A stretch of DNA of 64,000 nucleotides, taken from Sporopachydermia quercuum (lineage: Eukaryota). Position 1 is the stretch's first letter; each line of letters begins with the position of its first letter. A model generated the notes under the pieces. It did no database searches. It saw only the letters and a program-made list of their open reading frames with translations, and had not been told where the DNA came from. The position numbers were made by a program, and so were the translations under genes. The stretch covers positions 252,138 through 316,137 of the forward strand of contig BCGN01000004.1 of the NCBI GenBank assembly GCA_001599295.1, written 5' to 3'. Positions 12,623-23,200 of this stretch are shown here, piece after piece.

Positions 12623-14143
12623 ATGACTAATTCTACTGCTATGCCTACCTCAACCACCATTGCAACCACAATCACATCAGCGAAAACAGATGATCTGAAC
12701 TTGCTGGCCTCGGTAAATCCCGGAGGAACGCTGATAATAGTGGTCTCCGAAGCCCGGAATCTGCCGAACAGGCGGAATCTCGGCAAACAAAACCCTTACG
12801 CTTTATTCCAGTTTGACATTTCCGCTTGCAAAACTTCGGCCATTGAAAACGGGAACCAGGCGCCCAAATGGAACGAGGAGTTAAGGTTCAAAATCGAAGC
12901 CAACAAACCCCCGCTTCTACTTTTATCTTTACTGGATTATTGTGAGGGACCTCCGGTACTAATTTCGGAAGCTACGATTAATTTCGGAACGGCATTTCGG
13001 CAATTTGATCATAAAGTTAGAGCTTATGTATATGATTCATGGCATACACTGTACTATAACGGGAAATTAGCAGGTGAGATATATTTGGAGATGACTTATT
13101 ATCCTGTTAAACGGATAGTTTTTCCCGTTAATCAGAGCGTTTTGGCCGCATCGGAGCTCGCAATACCAGGAGGAGCGGGAATAAGGCGTCGAAAAGTTTT
13201 CCAGACTTTTGCCCTTAATTCCGGTATGCCGGAAGAACCCAATTCCAATATTGGGTTCAACCGATCATTGAGTTCAGCAAGTTCTGGAGGTAGTTTAATA
13301 TCTGCACACAGTATAGATAGACCGTTACCTCCAGTGCCAGGGAACGTGAATGATAGTCCCGAATCACAGGAAAATACTTTTGAGCTTCCTAAGGTTAAGC
13401 CACTCCCGCAGCCCCAACCCCAGACACAAGCTCAGCCACAACAGCGGTTTCAATCCCGTGGATTACCTCCAAGACCTTCAAGCCAAAGACCAATTTCTAT
13501 GTACACTAATTCAGCCTCCAGAGACAATTATACACCACCAGATTGGAATGATGATTTACTATGCAATTCCCGATTAGGAAGATCACTTGATAGTTCGGCC
13601 GCCGAACCCGCATTTGGTAGCGGAACTGAATTTTTCAGCCAATCTTTACCCGAACGGCCAAACACACAGAGTCAGCTACAGACCAAATTAAGGAAGAAGC
13701 CACCACCATCTCTAGCCCCAAGCCACACCAAGAAAACCCCCCGCCACCTGCCTTATTCCCCTCAATCTTTTGCCCAATCAGGCTTAGGTCCTGAATTTCC
13801 AGAGGTTGCTGAGCCACCGGGAGATGAGCATTTCTCACCCGAAAACATAGCACCGACACCGTCAAATTTAAGCTTGCAAGAAAGGCTAAAGGTCGGGCTT
13901 ATAGCTAAAGGCGACTTGGGTATTGATCCGGGTCGATCAGGATATCGCGGTAATGGTAGATGGCTGAATGAGCCACCGGAAAATCCACAACAGGTAGAAT
14001 ATCTACTGGCGGGGCAACCTTCCGAAATAGGTAGGTCTAAGCCACAGATTCCGCCGAAGATTCCGCGGGAAATATCGCCAGCCGAGTATTATGCAATAGA
14101 TCAACAACGTTACGTTAATAGTTTACAAGGAGATAGAGAGTAG
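12623..14143 (+). CDS. INN1: C2-domain cytokinesis ingression protein (Inn1/Fic1)
   Basis: N-terminal C2 domain (GTLIIVVSEARNLPNRRNLGKQNPY..PKWNEELRF..GEIYLEMTYY), C-terminal PxxP (KPQIPPKIP); adjacent to RPC31 as in S. cerevisiae. Confidence 0.88.
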   Translation: MTNSTAMPTSTTIATTITSAKTDDLNLLASVNPGGTLIIVVSEARNLPNRRNLGKQNPYALFQFDISACKTSAIENGNQAPKWNEELRFKIEANKPPLLLLSLLDYCEGPPVLISEATINFGTAFRQFDHKVRAYVYDSWHTLYYNGKLAGEIYLEMTYYPVKRIVFPVNQSVLAASELAIPGGAGIRRRKVFQTFALNSGMPEEPNSNIGFNRSLSSASSGGSLISAHSIDRPLPPVPGNVNDSPESQENTFELPKVKPLPQPQPQTQAQPQQRFQSRGLPPRPSSQRPISMYTNSASRDNYTPPDWNDDLLCNSRLGRSLDSSAAEPAFGSGTEFFSQSLPERPNTQSQLQTKLRKKPPPSLAPSHTKKTPRHLPYSPQSFAQSGLGPEFPEVAEPPGDEHFSPENIAPTPSNLSLQERLKVGLIAKGDLGIDPGRSGYRGNGRWLNEPPENPQQVEYLLAGQPSEIGRSKPQIPPKIPREISPAEYYAIDQQRYVNSLQGDRE

Positions 14144-14563
14144 AGCCAAGACGGAAAAGGAATATGCACGGAAGAGGATAACAGAGGCTTCCTTTGTCGG
14201 GGACTTGTATGGAAATTTGGGTCAGTGCATAAATTAAAAAATAATAACTAATCAAACTTGTATTATGTTCAGTGAATACTAATGATCATTTTCGATATCG
14301 AGTAAAACAGCCGAAAATTATACCGAAAGTGTAAATTCTGTTCCGTTAATCGAAAATTGTTGCTTGATTAGTAAAAGATGTTAAGTAGTCTATTGATGTA
14401 GAATCATCTGATCATGCGATCATATATCATAAGAGAAGCTGTGATTTACTTCGATTATTATTGCCGTGTATGTTAGTACTATTCCGTTGCCCGGCTTCTT
14501 TTTCCGAACTTCATTCTTATTCCGCATATAAACAGCCCAAACTCCTAATTAACCTGGTACTGG

Positions 14564-16318
14564 TTAGAAATCAGCTTCTCCCTCATCACCTTCGTCATAA
14601 TCATCTCCATCTCCACCGTCGAAATATTTCTCGGCATTATAATCGTCATCCTCATCCTCTTCAAATTCATCATCAATCTCCTCTTCTTCTTCTTCAGGTT
14701 CTATATCATCTTCATTGGCAGCTTCAGTTAGCCTTTCGTCAAGCTGTTCTAGAGAGTTAATTCCAGAATTTACGCCAGCTGCAATTCCCGTACCAGGATC
14801 TTGTAGTTTAAGTTTCTTGCCCGCAGAACCATCATTTACCCCCATAACTTCATACAGCTCCTGGGGGAAGAAATCTACACAATATGGTAAATCGTCTACC
14901 GTACGAAAGATCTTCTTCTTAGTGCGATATCTATCACTGTAACGCTTTATGCCATCGTTTAATATATCATGATGTATTTCTAGTGCTTTCAATTGTTTCA
15001 TAATGGCTCGTTGTTGAGCAGGTCTCTTTCTTTTTAGTTGTAGTAAATGTTCGTACATTATAGTGGAAGACACGTTTGTAGATGTGGATGTGGATGTGGA
15101 AGTAGTAGATGAGCTGTTGGGAGAAGAGAGTTGTTTGATATTTTGTTTAATGGTGTCTAGGGAGCCCAGGAAGAAAGGGCTGTTGTGAAGAGAAGCTCTG
15201 AATATGATTTGTTGGGTAGACGATTTGGATTCACGTGATGTTGGCGGTGTTTGAACCGGTATCATTATATTCTAGTGAATTGTTAGTATTCTGAGAAGAC
15301 AAAAGGTGGAGTTGATAGAAGCTAGGAATTAATAGGAATCAGTAGGATCAAATAGGGATCAATCGAGCATAATTTGAGATGACACCTAGGCATTTGTTTG
15401 ACAATCCATAGTTAGAAACACGACACCTACAACAAAATAAAGGTGTCTAATAATATCAATAGAAGCTTGCTATTAAAATAACGGCTTTGATCCATATGGA
15501 TTACAAGCTGAAGTTGTCATCAGCATAGTAACTGATTGCTGGCAAAATTACCTCGCTGTTTTTTGCTTTACGTTCACTTCTGTTTATTTAACGAGCCCTA
15601 ACGAGTTCTCAATATCAAAATGTATATATGATAAGAATAGTTTGTCCTCTTCTTCTAGTGAATCTAATGCTTATGTATGCACGTCTCTGATATCAACTCT
15701 TTTACGCTTCCTTAGTACAATTAAGTATCCTTCTTCTGATTGTGTTATTGAATATGTATGACATGACGCATTCTGTACTGAATTCTTCCTTGAAATACCT
15801 TTAATAGCACTGATTCTTGCAATTTTAGAGGAAATAGTGATAATAGCAATAAACGAGATAGCACGAAGTAGCACTCTAACTGAGCTCCATAGCTAACTTT
15901 ATTGTTTCCAACCAAGTAGACAGCAAGCAAACAATGGCATAAATGCAGCAGCAATGACTAACCTATTCAGAACGAATATTTCCAGTATTTATAGAAAATA
16001 TCAGCCTTTCATAAACAATAGAGGTACTTCATTCAAAACTTTAGCTACTATTTGATTTGACAATCTTTTCATACTCTTAGTAATACACCGTCATGTGGAG
16101 TATCCAACCACTATCTAAAACTTCTTTTCCTGCGCCAATATTATCAACTATTTCAGCACTTTTCATCCTATTTTGCCTTATAACAATACTCCTTTCATTC
16201 TCCAAAATCAATACCAAATAATACTTACAGGATAGTTATCTTGAGATGTAGCATCAGGTTGGAACTCGCCCGGATTGAGACCAAACGATCGGAGAGCATT
16301 CGCGCGACGAAAACTCAT
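14564..16318 (-). CDS. RPC31: RNA polymerase III subunit C31; exons 16318-16229 and 15271-14564, 957-nt intron
   Basis: Exon 1 MSFRRANALRSFGL..DNYP, then GTAAGT donor; TACTAAC..TAG acceptor joins in frame; NDGIKRYSDRY, FFPQELY and acidic DDDYNAEKYFDGG..EADF tail. Confidence 0.92.
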
Positions 16319-17107
16319 TTTTGAAAGAATCTGCAATAGAATGCAATATATATGATGGCAATCAAATATAGAGCGACAATATTCTACTGTTCTAAGCTCT
16401 TGATGAATTATTTTTGAGGTATAGTAGCTGGTAGTTCGATGGGTGATGAGATATAGTACAGTGTCTATGTGAACTTGAATGTTGAGAACAGTTGGCTGTC
16501 CAGTGAATAATTTATTGTAGTGATAATGGCTGTTGATCAAAGTTTCTTCTAGAAATTCAGTACCTGCATCTTCAATCTTTGAATTATGTAGTATTTGATG
16601 CACTTTTAACTCATGTGAAATGGGTTCTAACCCTTTATTGTTATACGAATCAGCTGTTGTGGTGGTAGAAAAGAGCATTTAGGATCTCACTCAGATGAAA
16701 AAAGTTTTGGATCGGGTCACAAAATAGATAGAGAGAAACAACTGGCGAATCTAAAAGGGGGAGGATAGAGACCACTAAAGTGATTCCGAATTTGAAATTT
16801 TCTTAGGGTTACGGCACTTTTGGGTTTTGTTACAGTATTCTGTAAGCACGTGATGTAGTATTTTTTATAAAGAAAGGTGAAATCCTACGACAGACAAGAA
16901 TGAGTTTCTCGTACACTCTCTTCATTACTATGAACGAACTAACGATCTATAGTTGAAGAAAGTTACAAATTTTCGCTAGTATTCTAATGAAAAGCTCTAT
17001 TACAACTATGTATTCACTATAAACACACTCATAAAGTTTTTCTGCCCGTAGAAATTCATCCAATACTGGCATACCAATCACCTACCTACTTCATCAACAT
17101 CTCTACA

Positions 17108-17815
17108 ATGGATATCAACATTTCCGTCACTTCTACCCTCATCTCAACAGAAAAACGCATCTCTCTCAACTGGAACATTCAAACACTACGAGAGAAACTC
17201 GAACAGATAACAGGAATAAGTCCCAAAGACCAGAAACTCCTGCTATTCCCATCCGCTCATTCATCAACTGTCATTCAACTAGACGATCCCAACGTGTTAC
17301 TCTCAAGTTACAATCACGATAATTCAAACTTCACTTCACAAACACGAATTCATGTCATTGACCAATCAAATGCCACAGATGAACTTCAAAACTCCCATGT
17401 GGACAAATTCGAACTCAGCGACGATCAATATAACAACAGAAGGGATACCGTAAGGCAATGGAAGATCAACAATAGGCTGGGAAGGTATAATGAGCGATGG
17501 GAGGCCAATAGAAAAGAGAAATTACAGGCTAACGCTGAGAAAGCAAATAGTATACAAGTAGGATTACGATGTAGAGTGAAGCCAGGTGATAGATTAGGTA
17601 CTGTTAGATATCTTGGAGAAGTACCAGAGATAGATGGGGAAATGTGGGTTGGGGTTGAATTGGATGAGCCCAGCGGTAAAAACAATGGGGAGATAAAAGG
17701 GAAAAGATACTTTAGATGTCGAGATAATTATGGTTCGTTTGTAAGGCCAATTAATATAGAAATAGGAGATTTTCCAAAGGAAGATTTGGAAGATTTTGAT
17801 ATGGATGAAATATAG
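17108..17815 (+). CDS. ALF1: Tubulin-folding cofactor B
   Basis: N-terminal ubiquitin-like domain plus CAP-Gly (RLGTVRYLGE..WVGVELDEPSGKNNG..RYF). Confidence 0.93.
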   Translation: MDINISVTSTLISTEKRISLNWNIQTLREKLEQITGISPKDQKLLLFPSAHSSTVIQLDDPNVLLSSYNHDNSNFTSQTRIHVIDQSNATDELQNSHVDKFELSDDQYNNRRDTVRQWKINNRLGRYNERWEANRKEKLQANAEKANSIQVGLRCRVKPGDRLGTVRYLGEVPEIDGEMWVGVELDEPSGKNNGEIKGKRYFRCRDNYGSFVRPINIEIGDFPKEDLEDFDMDEI

Positions 17816-18497
17816 GGAAAATAGGATAATATAGGTTCCTTTTTATTTTTTTTTTGAAGAACTTGTTTTATGATTAATAAGCTGAGATAGTGGGAGCAGT
17901 TTTTAGTAAACATGAAGAACGAACAACTCAGTTCAGATAGGTAATGCTTGTACTGTGTTATATTTAGTTCTTGAGAGCATTCAAGGTAAAGGTTATGGAT
18001 TTTAGTGATTGTTCAGTTCATTGTCTCTGGATTAGCTAGAATTAGAAGAACTCAAACCATAATAGTTATCTGATGAATACATACTAACTGGTTAACGAAG
18101 AAAGAGAGGAAAATGATTTGATATTTTTTATTAAAGTTCGAGACTCAATGATTGAATATCGTGTTGTTGATGCTGTGTTCTGATGAATAACATTAGTAAG
18201 CATTACCACCAATATATGTCCACCATTATTATTACTGCTATTCCTATTGCCATCAAAATATTCAGAAAGTGAATTGAAACGAAGATCAGATCATATCACC
18301 TCATCGTTATTATTATTTACAACTACTAATTATTACTATCTTCTCAGTAACTGGCAAAATGTACGCGTACAATGAGAGATAAACCTCAATGATGCTCAAC
18401 ATTCTATGCTTGCTTTTCAATATTGAAACAGGTGTAAAGAGTCAAATCGCTTCAACACTCGTATCATACTAACCACATTCTCTCTTTCTTAAAACTT

Positions 18498-18866
18498 CTA
18501 ATTTTCTAATAAATCGGCAATATCCTGATCCGTTTCCTCATCGAATTCAGTTGGAACATTTAATGAATCTACCACGCCTTCAGTAAGATTACTGTCATTT
18601 GAACCAAGAATATTGTAAGTAGCTTCATTACGTCTATCCCTTAGTTTATCGCCCCAAGAAAAATCTGAAGGATTATTTATTCCACTTGATTTTGCTCTGG
18701 AGTCCTCTAATTCCTTTTCACGTTCTTCTTTTTGAGAATTCAATGATCTACGAGAAGCATGGCGAATAACAATTTGTCTTAGTAGAAGGTATCCTCCTAT
18801 TATTATTACAAGCCGTAGATAATCTTTAACTGTGTAGTCATCGAATTGGTGAAGAACTGAGACCAT
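18498..18866 (-). CDS. PGA2: ER trafficking protein Pga2
   Basis: YLRLVIIIGGYLLLR transmembrane motif, FSWG..R and C-terminal D.DIADLLE; syntenic with ALF1/LSM7/RPC31. Confidence 0.88.
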   Translation of the reverse strand: MVSVLHQFDDYTVKDYLRLVIIIGGYLLLRQIVIRHASRRSLNSQKEEREKELEDSRAKSSGINNPSDFSWGDKLRDRRNEATYNILGSNDSNLTEGVVDSLNVPTEFDEETDQDIADLLEN

Positions 18867-20586
18867 AGTGAATAGAATTAAATGTGAGAATTATGAGTAT
18901 TATTATGAATATAATATGTCTATGCTTCTATGATGGCTTTGTTTGATAGCTGTAAGTATGCTATGAGGTCCGGTCGATGTCAGCAAGTGATGAGATTTGT
19001 TGCTAATGATATTAATTCTTTTTTTTTTTCCTTCTTTTGTTTTGTTTTAAAGATGGATTGGATTTCCTTCTGTTGATTTTGAGTCCTTGATGATAGGTCT
19101 GTCGATTAATCTAGAACTTGTTATTCTTGTCCTGATTTCTTCAAATAAAAATGCAAAAATGTGCAACCGAAAATAGATTCAAAGGACGCAAAGACTTAGT
19201 TAGTATTCCTTTTAATGATCTGCTTGTATACTAATATAAAAAAAAGCTTTTATCAATTAGAATTTCTGTTCTGTAGATTATCAATAGTCCCCTGATGTTG
19301 GTAACGTGTACTTCGGATTTGATCTGGTACGGACTATGATGAAATTTTTCACTTAACTCTTCACGACAACTTTCTACTCTTGGAATTCCCCAAAAAAAGA
19401 GGTAAAGAGGTCAAAAAGACTACCTGATATCCAATAGATTTAACACTGTTTTCCCGTCTTGCAAGAAGCTCAATTGTAGAATATGCAATCAATTGAAAAA
19501 CAGTCAATGCTCATAATGTGATAGTGATGCAGTAATGTGTCTGAGTTGTTGTTGTTGTTTTGTTGAAGGCACAAACTATTCATTTGAAGCTATTTATTGT
19601 GATTTGTGTTGATTGGTTTTTGATACCACGAAATCTTTCCCGAAGTATCCACAATGCATACAAAAACGTTTCATGATTACGTCATCATCTATCGACTAAA
19701 ACCTATTTTTGGATTACGTAATCTAATGTTGGAAATGGAAAATGCAGAACTAGAGGATGGGCGACGTAACTGCACTTACAACAGTAGAATTCCAACATAA
19801 AATGCTCAATGACGTGGGAATATGCCAAAATACGTATCTAAAATGAGGTTCACTTCATAAATTTACCGATTCACACTTAATAGCTATTCTATTTGCTGTC
19901 AGAAAACAGCTATGAATCCTCTTCAACTCTTCAAGAACATTACCCGGCTGTGTTTTTGTCTTCTCCGCTTTACTCATTCTACTCAATGAAAACAGAAACG
20001 TTCACTTCATTCGTAACAAATCAGTTTAAATCTCCAATAAAAACAATATAACTGTTGAACTCCACAAATTCTCAAAACAATTCAAATATACTGTTCAAAA
20101 ACGCTCTTCAAACTGCCAAATCCAAGCAGTTTAGCTGCAATTGCCTTACCGTTGTATATAATTTTATCACGTGATACTCTAATAATTTCATTCTTATGTC
20201 TCATTGTATGACCAGGTTTTCTCATTCGAATAATCCCTGTTTGTGCAATTGGTAAGAACAGAACTACAATACTACAACCAAAACCACAACAACAAATAAA
20301 TCAAGCAAACCATCACGAATATATCCAAAATCTTCTTGATCTTTACACCTTCTCTTCTTCTTCTTGTTTGCTATTTCCATGAGCTATAAGTACTATCAAT
20401 AGTTCTATCAGCAAGCTACAAGCAGCAGAACGGGTTCTCGTATTATCAACAGTTTACTACTATCTTCTGGTTGCTATCATTGTTACCTTAGGATATACTC
20501 TACATTCTATACTATAAGGTATTGATAGTGCTTACAGCTATCAACATCAATATAGTATCTTTGTTCTAACAAAAGGAGTGCTCAAG

Positions 20587-22545
20587 ATGAGTAACGAAAA
20601 TAATTATAATAGGGTACGTTTTGATTTGATTTAGGGCAGCGTTGAGAATGAGAAAATTGAAAATGGATTAAAGCGAAGTAGATGGCGTGACCTGTATGAT
20701 GAGCGTGTTTCAATAGTTGAAGCTACAGCGTGATGGGCTTGTTGTATGACTTGTTTTTTTTTGCTTTATAGCTATGAATAGCCTTGCTGTTTGTGCTATT
20801 ATTGTAGTAGCAACAACAGTGAAAAGAAGCTAGAACATGCAAGCTATGTTTTATTATGACTGAATACTACGTGTTTGTTTCATGTATCAGCACAATATTT
20901 TGCGTGTGAAAATGATAGTGTTATTGGCATAAATCAGCGTGAATTATAAAAAGGAGTCACTCTGATTATCAACAGCAGCATAAGTAATACATTTCTCGTA
21001 GAGGCAATGTTTTTAAAGATAAAATGTTCCAATGAATAGTCAAGCAGCAGCGTGAATAGAATGAAACAGCATATAAGCACACTGAGCGAAGTTGTACTAT
21101 CACAAAGAAAACATAACCGCATGATTCTATCAAAGCAACTTACTGCGATAATTCAACGGCAGCTTGAAGTAACAGCATGAGTGGTTGATTGTAAAACAGC
21201 ATTTGTTGATGTTATGTTGATATTGTTGCTGTTATTTGTGCTACTGCTAGTGCTGGTATTAGTACTAGTTGTACTATACTATTGTGCCACTAATATCGAT
21301 ATCATTAATATTGTTCAATTACTGTTAATCAGCAACGGGACGTGTATCGTTCAACACCAACCAAACAACCAAACGAAAAAGCTAAACAGACTATATTTTT
21401 TGGCCCCGATACCTTTAATGGCAGCGATGAGATATAATTGTAAATAAAAACAACAACCGCAGTGTTAGTAGTTCACTTCAACTACAGTCAATCCTGTTGT
21501 GTTATGTTGCGTTATGAATGACATGCTAGAAGCTTATTAGTATTATTGTCTTAGCTGAAAGAACCTATGACGGGTAATAATTCATGTGTCTCTGCTGATT
21601 CGCATACAATTGATCGTTTACTGGGAATTAGTACAGAATTATCACAGAATTATTATTGCCTGGTGATTGTTATGCTATTGAAAGAGTACCAATGACAGAG
21701 AAAATGTGCTTCTTAGTACTCTAAAGGTTAATATGTTTCAGCATCNTTCACTGTGAGTTGCTGTTGCCGTTGATGTTGATAATTGCTTCTGTTGCTGCTG
21801 TTTGATACACTGAAATCGTACACTTATATGCTATGAACTGATTTGGCCCTGCTATTCCCCGTTAGACTGCTAAACCAGCATAATAACGAATTAGTATTCC
21901 TTTATGCACGTAAATGCAGTTTCCGCTTCACTAAACGGTCATATTTCCAGCTAATGTTTGCATTAATATACATAAAACACCTTCGGTAGCACTATGCTTG
22001 CATCATTGCCGCATACTTATGTTCTACTTTGCATAGTACATTCTATATCTGTCTTGCAGCATCATGCATGATCTTCACAGCTCAATCTAGCTTCAATTCC
22101 TCAGAATTTGCCCTCATTGCCCCTCTTTTCCTCATGCTTACTAACTGAACCCTTCTTTTAGCCCCACCAACGGAAACACCGTTACAACAACAATAATAAT
22201 AATAATGCCTCCAACCGTCAACATTTTGATAAACCTAAAAGAGAAGCCATTTTAGACCTTTCCATCTATTTAGATAAGCAGGTGAAGGTTCAGTTTATCG
22301 GTGATCGGCAAATCACGGGAACTCTAAAAGGGTTTGACCAGCTTATGAACCTTGTTTTGGACGATGTGGTGGAGATTTTGAAGCCTGCGGGGCATAGCGA
22401 GGTAGATAACGAGTTTAGCACGGAAGCAGGAGAGACCGGAACTCGGAAGCTTGGATTAGTAGTTGTGAGAGGGGTGAAAGTGTTAGTGTTATCGCCAGTT
22501 GACGGGAGTGAGGAGATTGCTAATCCGTTTGTGGAAGTTCAATAA
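20587..22545 (+). CDS. LSM7: U6 snRNP Sm-like protein Lsm7; exons 20587-20613 and 22162-22545, 1548-nt intron
   Basis: Exon 2 PKREAILDLS..GTLKGFDQLMNLVLDD..RKLGLVVVRG lacks an upstream in-frame ATG and follows TACTAAC (22139) and TAG (22161); ATG..AGG|GTACGT at 20587-20619 joins in frame. Exon 1 is less certain than exon 2. Confidence 0.87.
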
Positions 22546-23200
22546 GTGGTGTAATTAGTGGGGTAGATGGGATGGTGGACCGGAAAGTGTAAATGACGCA
22601 AAGAATGATGTCTACAGCTGTTATTTTGTGCTATTTATTCCGGGTTGTTGGAAATTATTCAATTCCGAGATCATTACCAGTAGTATTCGCTATACTACTG
22701 TGTTATTTCCTGATTATGACACTAGTGCGGTAGACTGGCGTTTCTGTTTAACCGGAAAAGGTAATAACACAAGCGATTTCGGAAGGAATAGAGCTTAGGG
22801 TGGTACGTATCTGTACTATTTGGGTGAAAGATAGCCAAATTAGGTATTTTTGGAGCGGAGCTGTCGATAATAGTCTGGATGTTGGTACAGAAAATTCCTA
22901 GAAGGGTTAATTGTGGGTTCCGAATAAAAATATTAAACAAAAGCCTTATTGATACTAAAATAGGAACTGTACATATATCGCATAGAATAGTAGTAAATGA
23001 CCCAAGAGAAGAATACAATTTAACTTAATATACATGTAGAGAAGATTAAGGTTGAAATATTAGCAGTTAAGGTTGAAATGTAGATATAAATAATGCAGAA
23101 TTTGTGGCGCCCGTGGCGTAAACTGTCGGATAGGGATATCGGGTGACCGAATGAGGTTATTTGAAGTTTTGAGTTTGTGGTTGCCCCGCATTCCCGGTTC

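Noticed and set aside
16208..16678. 156-aa ORF as an independent gene
   Set aside because: Non-ATG start; only 16318-16229 is coding (RPC31 exon 1).
22681..22713. CVIS-stop CAAX motif near LSM7 (a-factor gene, since MFA2 is nearby in S. cerevisiae)
   Set aside because: In-frame TAG at 22681 and no ATG, so no ORF.
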